Shown here piece after piece: positions 62,634 through 64,000 of a stretch of 64,000 nucleotides of DNA. The position numbers and the translations under genes are program-made. This DNA comes from Holophagales bacterium. Lineage in GTDB: Bacteria; Acidobacteriota; Thermoanaerobaculia; Multivoradales; JAGPDF01. Where the stretch lies: NCBI GenBank assembly GCA_016699405.1, contig CP064972.1, positions 2,696,165 to 2,760,164 of the forward strand, written 5' to 3'. Position 1 is the stretch's first letter, and each line of letters starts with the position of its first letter. The notes under the pieces are model-generated. The model worked only from the letters and a program-made list of their open reading frames with translations, had not been told where the DNA came from and did no database searches.

Positions 62634-63650
62634 CTACGGACGTGGCCCGCCTTTGGCTCGCGGCCAGAGCGCCCAGACGAGGCCGAGCGCCGTGGCGGCG
62701 AGCACCACGCGCCATGGCCAAGTGAGGGGCGCCGGATCGGTGGGGGTGATCGGCCCCGAAGGCTGCGTCGCGGGCGCAGACGCGGCGCCCAGCGGCACGC
62801 CCGTTCGACCGGTCCAGCCGGACTCGCCGAAGGCGAGGGTCCACTCGAGACCGAGCTCGGGTGGCGCACCCGAGGGTCGGACCTTCCAGGCGAACGGCAC
62901 GGCGAAACGGTGGCGGCGATCGCCGCGGTCGTCACCGCGCACGGCGAGGGCGACGGGACGGCCCAGCTCGACGAGCTCGTGCGGAGCGAAGAAGAGGTCG
63001 GTCGGCTCCTCGGGCAGGCCGGCGAAAGCGATCTCGAGCGTGCCGCCGGCGTCGCTCCGCTCGAGGAGCCGACCGGTCGCCGTGCCCTCCGGGGCCGGCG
63101 TGGGGACGCGCGAGCTCCAGGCGGCGAGCTGCGGCTGGGTCTCCGCGTCGGGTCGAGCCGTCTCGCCGAACGGCTGCACCAGCTCGAGGTGCGTGGTGAA
63201 CGGAATGCACTCGCCGGCGCAGACCACGTAGTCGACCGTGCCCGTCACGTCGAGCGTCGGCGTGTCGCCGAAGGTGCCCCGGAGCGTCACGGGGTAGACC
63301 ACGCGCTCGCCGTAGCCGAAGGCGACGAGCTTGCCGGGCAGATCGTAGCGGTGGGGCACGGGGAACCGGAGCTCGGCGGTGACCAGCCCCGGAGTGGCCC
63401 CGAAGTCGAGGCGGGGAGGGTAGCCGGCGTCGCCGGAGTTCAGCCAGTAGATGTGCCACCCGGGGTCGAGGGCCACCTCGAGGCCAAGCGCCAGCTCCGC
63501 GCCGCGGGGGGCGACGAGCCAGGGTGAGACGAGCCGGACGGCGACGGGGCCGTCGTCGTGCCAGGGGCCGGAGACGGCACAGGTCGGCGCCGCGAGCAAC
63601 GCCAGGGCGAGGGCCATCCGGGCCGAGCGGGAGGAGGAGGACGCGGGCAT
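62634..63650 (-). CDS. DsbD-N-terminal (alpha) domain-like protein with a C-terminal membrane anchor
   Basis: Signal peptide [17 protein letters not shown]. The [16 protein letters not shown] motif matches the DsbD alpha / 'DsbC-like' HxYW signature. C-terminal [19 protein letters not shown]. Confidence 0.55.
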   Translation of the reverse strand: MPASSSSRSARMALALALLAAPTCAVSGPWHDDGPVAVRLVSPWLVAPRGAELALGLEVALDPGWHIYWLNSGDAGYPPRLDFGATPGLVTAELRFPVPHRYDLPGKLVAFGYGERVVYPVTLRGTFGDTPTLDVTGTVDYVVCAGECIPFTTHLELVQPFGETARPDAETQPQLAAWSSRVPTPAPEGTATGRLLERSDAGGTLEIAFAGLPEEPTDLFFAPHELVELGRPVALAVRGDDRGDRRHRFAVPFAWKVRPSGAPPELGLEWTLAFGESGWTGRTGVPLGAASAPATQPSGPITPTDPAPLTWPWRVVLAATALGLVWALWPRAKGGPRP

Positions 63651-63777
63651 CGGGGGGCGGATTCTACTCTCCGTGGTATTCTCCCGCGGCTTCCCGTCCC
63701 GGCCGGCCGGCTTTCCCTGCGGCTCGCGCCACCCCCGAGACCTTCCGCGAACGACCCGACTCTCCGGAGCCAGCGCA

Positions 63778-64000
<223 letters not shown>

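Overview
This is a high-GC (about 70%) bacterial chromosomal segment carrying a mix of core and accessory genes. The core includes pyk, ffh, the rpsP-KH-rimM-trmD-rplS-rnhB ribosomal/tRNA-modification operon, rarA, sdaA, an ArsR-methyltransferase-ahcY pair and the start of typA. Embedded in it at about 14.5-30.6 kb is an unusual 16-kb co-directional operon: acyl-CoA dehydrogenase, then a 2.9k-aa PUFA-synthase-like iterative type I PKS (KS-AT-KS'-ACPx3-KR-DH), then a 1.6k-aa eukaryote-type multidomain acyl-CoA carboxylase homolog that appears to have lost most of its biotin-carboxylase ATP-grasp domain, then an Sfp-type phosphopantetheinyl transferase. In all three tandem carrier-protein domains of the PKS the pantetheinylated Ser of the LGIDS motif is replaced by Thr. 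The second half of the window is rich in secreted hydrolases and adhesin-like proteins: a subtilisin, an M14 carboxypeptidase, a beta-helix protein and two tandem giant paralogs. All five end in the same short C-terminal motif (GFE-x-G-x4-W), which looks like an undescribed C-terminal tag. Mobile-element traces are present: a large IS200-like Y1 transposase flanked by 21-bp direct repeats, and a tyrosine-integrase N-terminal fragment next to a WYL regulator just upstream of the giant paralogs. No rRNA, tRNA or CRISPR was seen. Many long antisense 'shadow' ORFs in the track are GC-composition artefacts. Coordinates derived by hand-counting may be off by 1-2 nt. Taxon guess is weak: the gene content fits Acidobacteria, Gemmatimonadota or Myxococcota.
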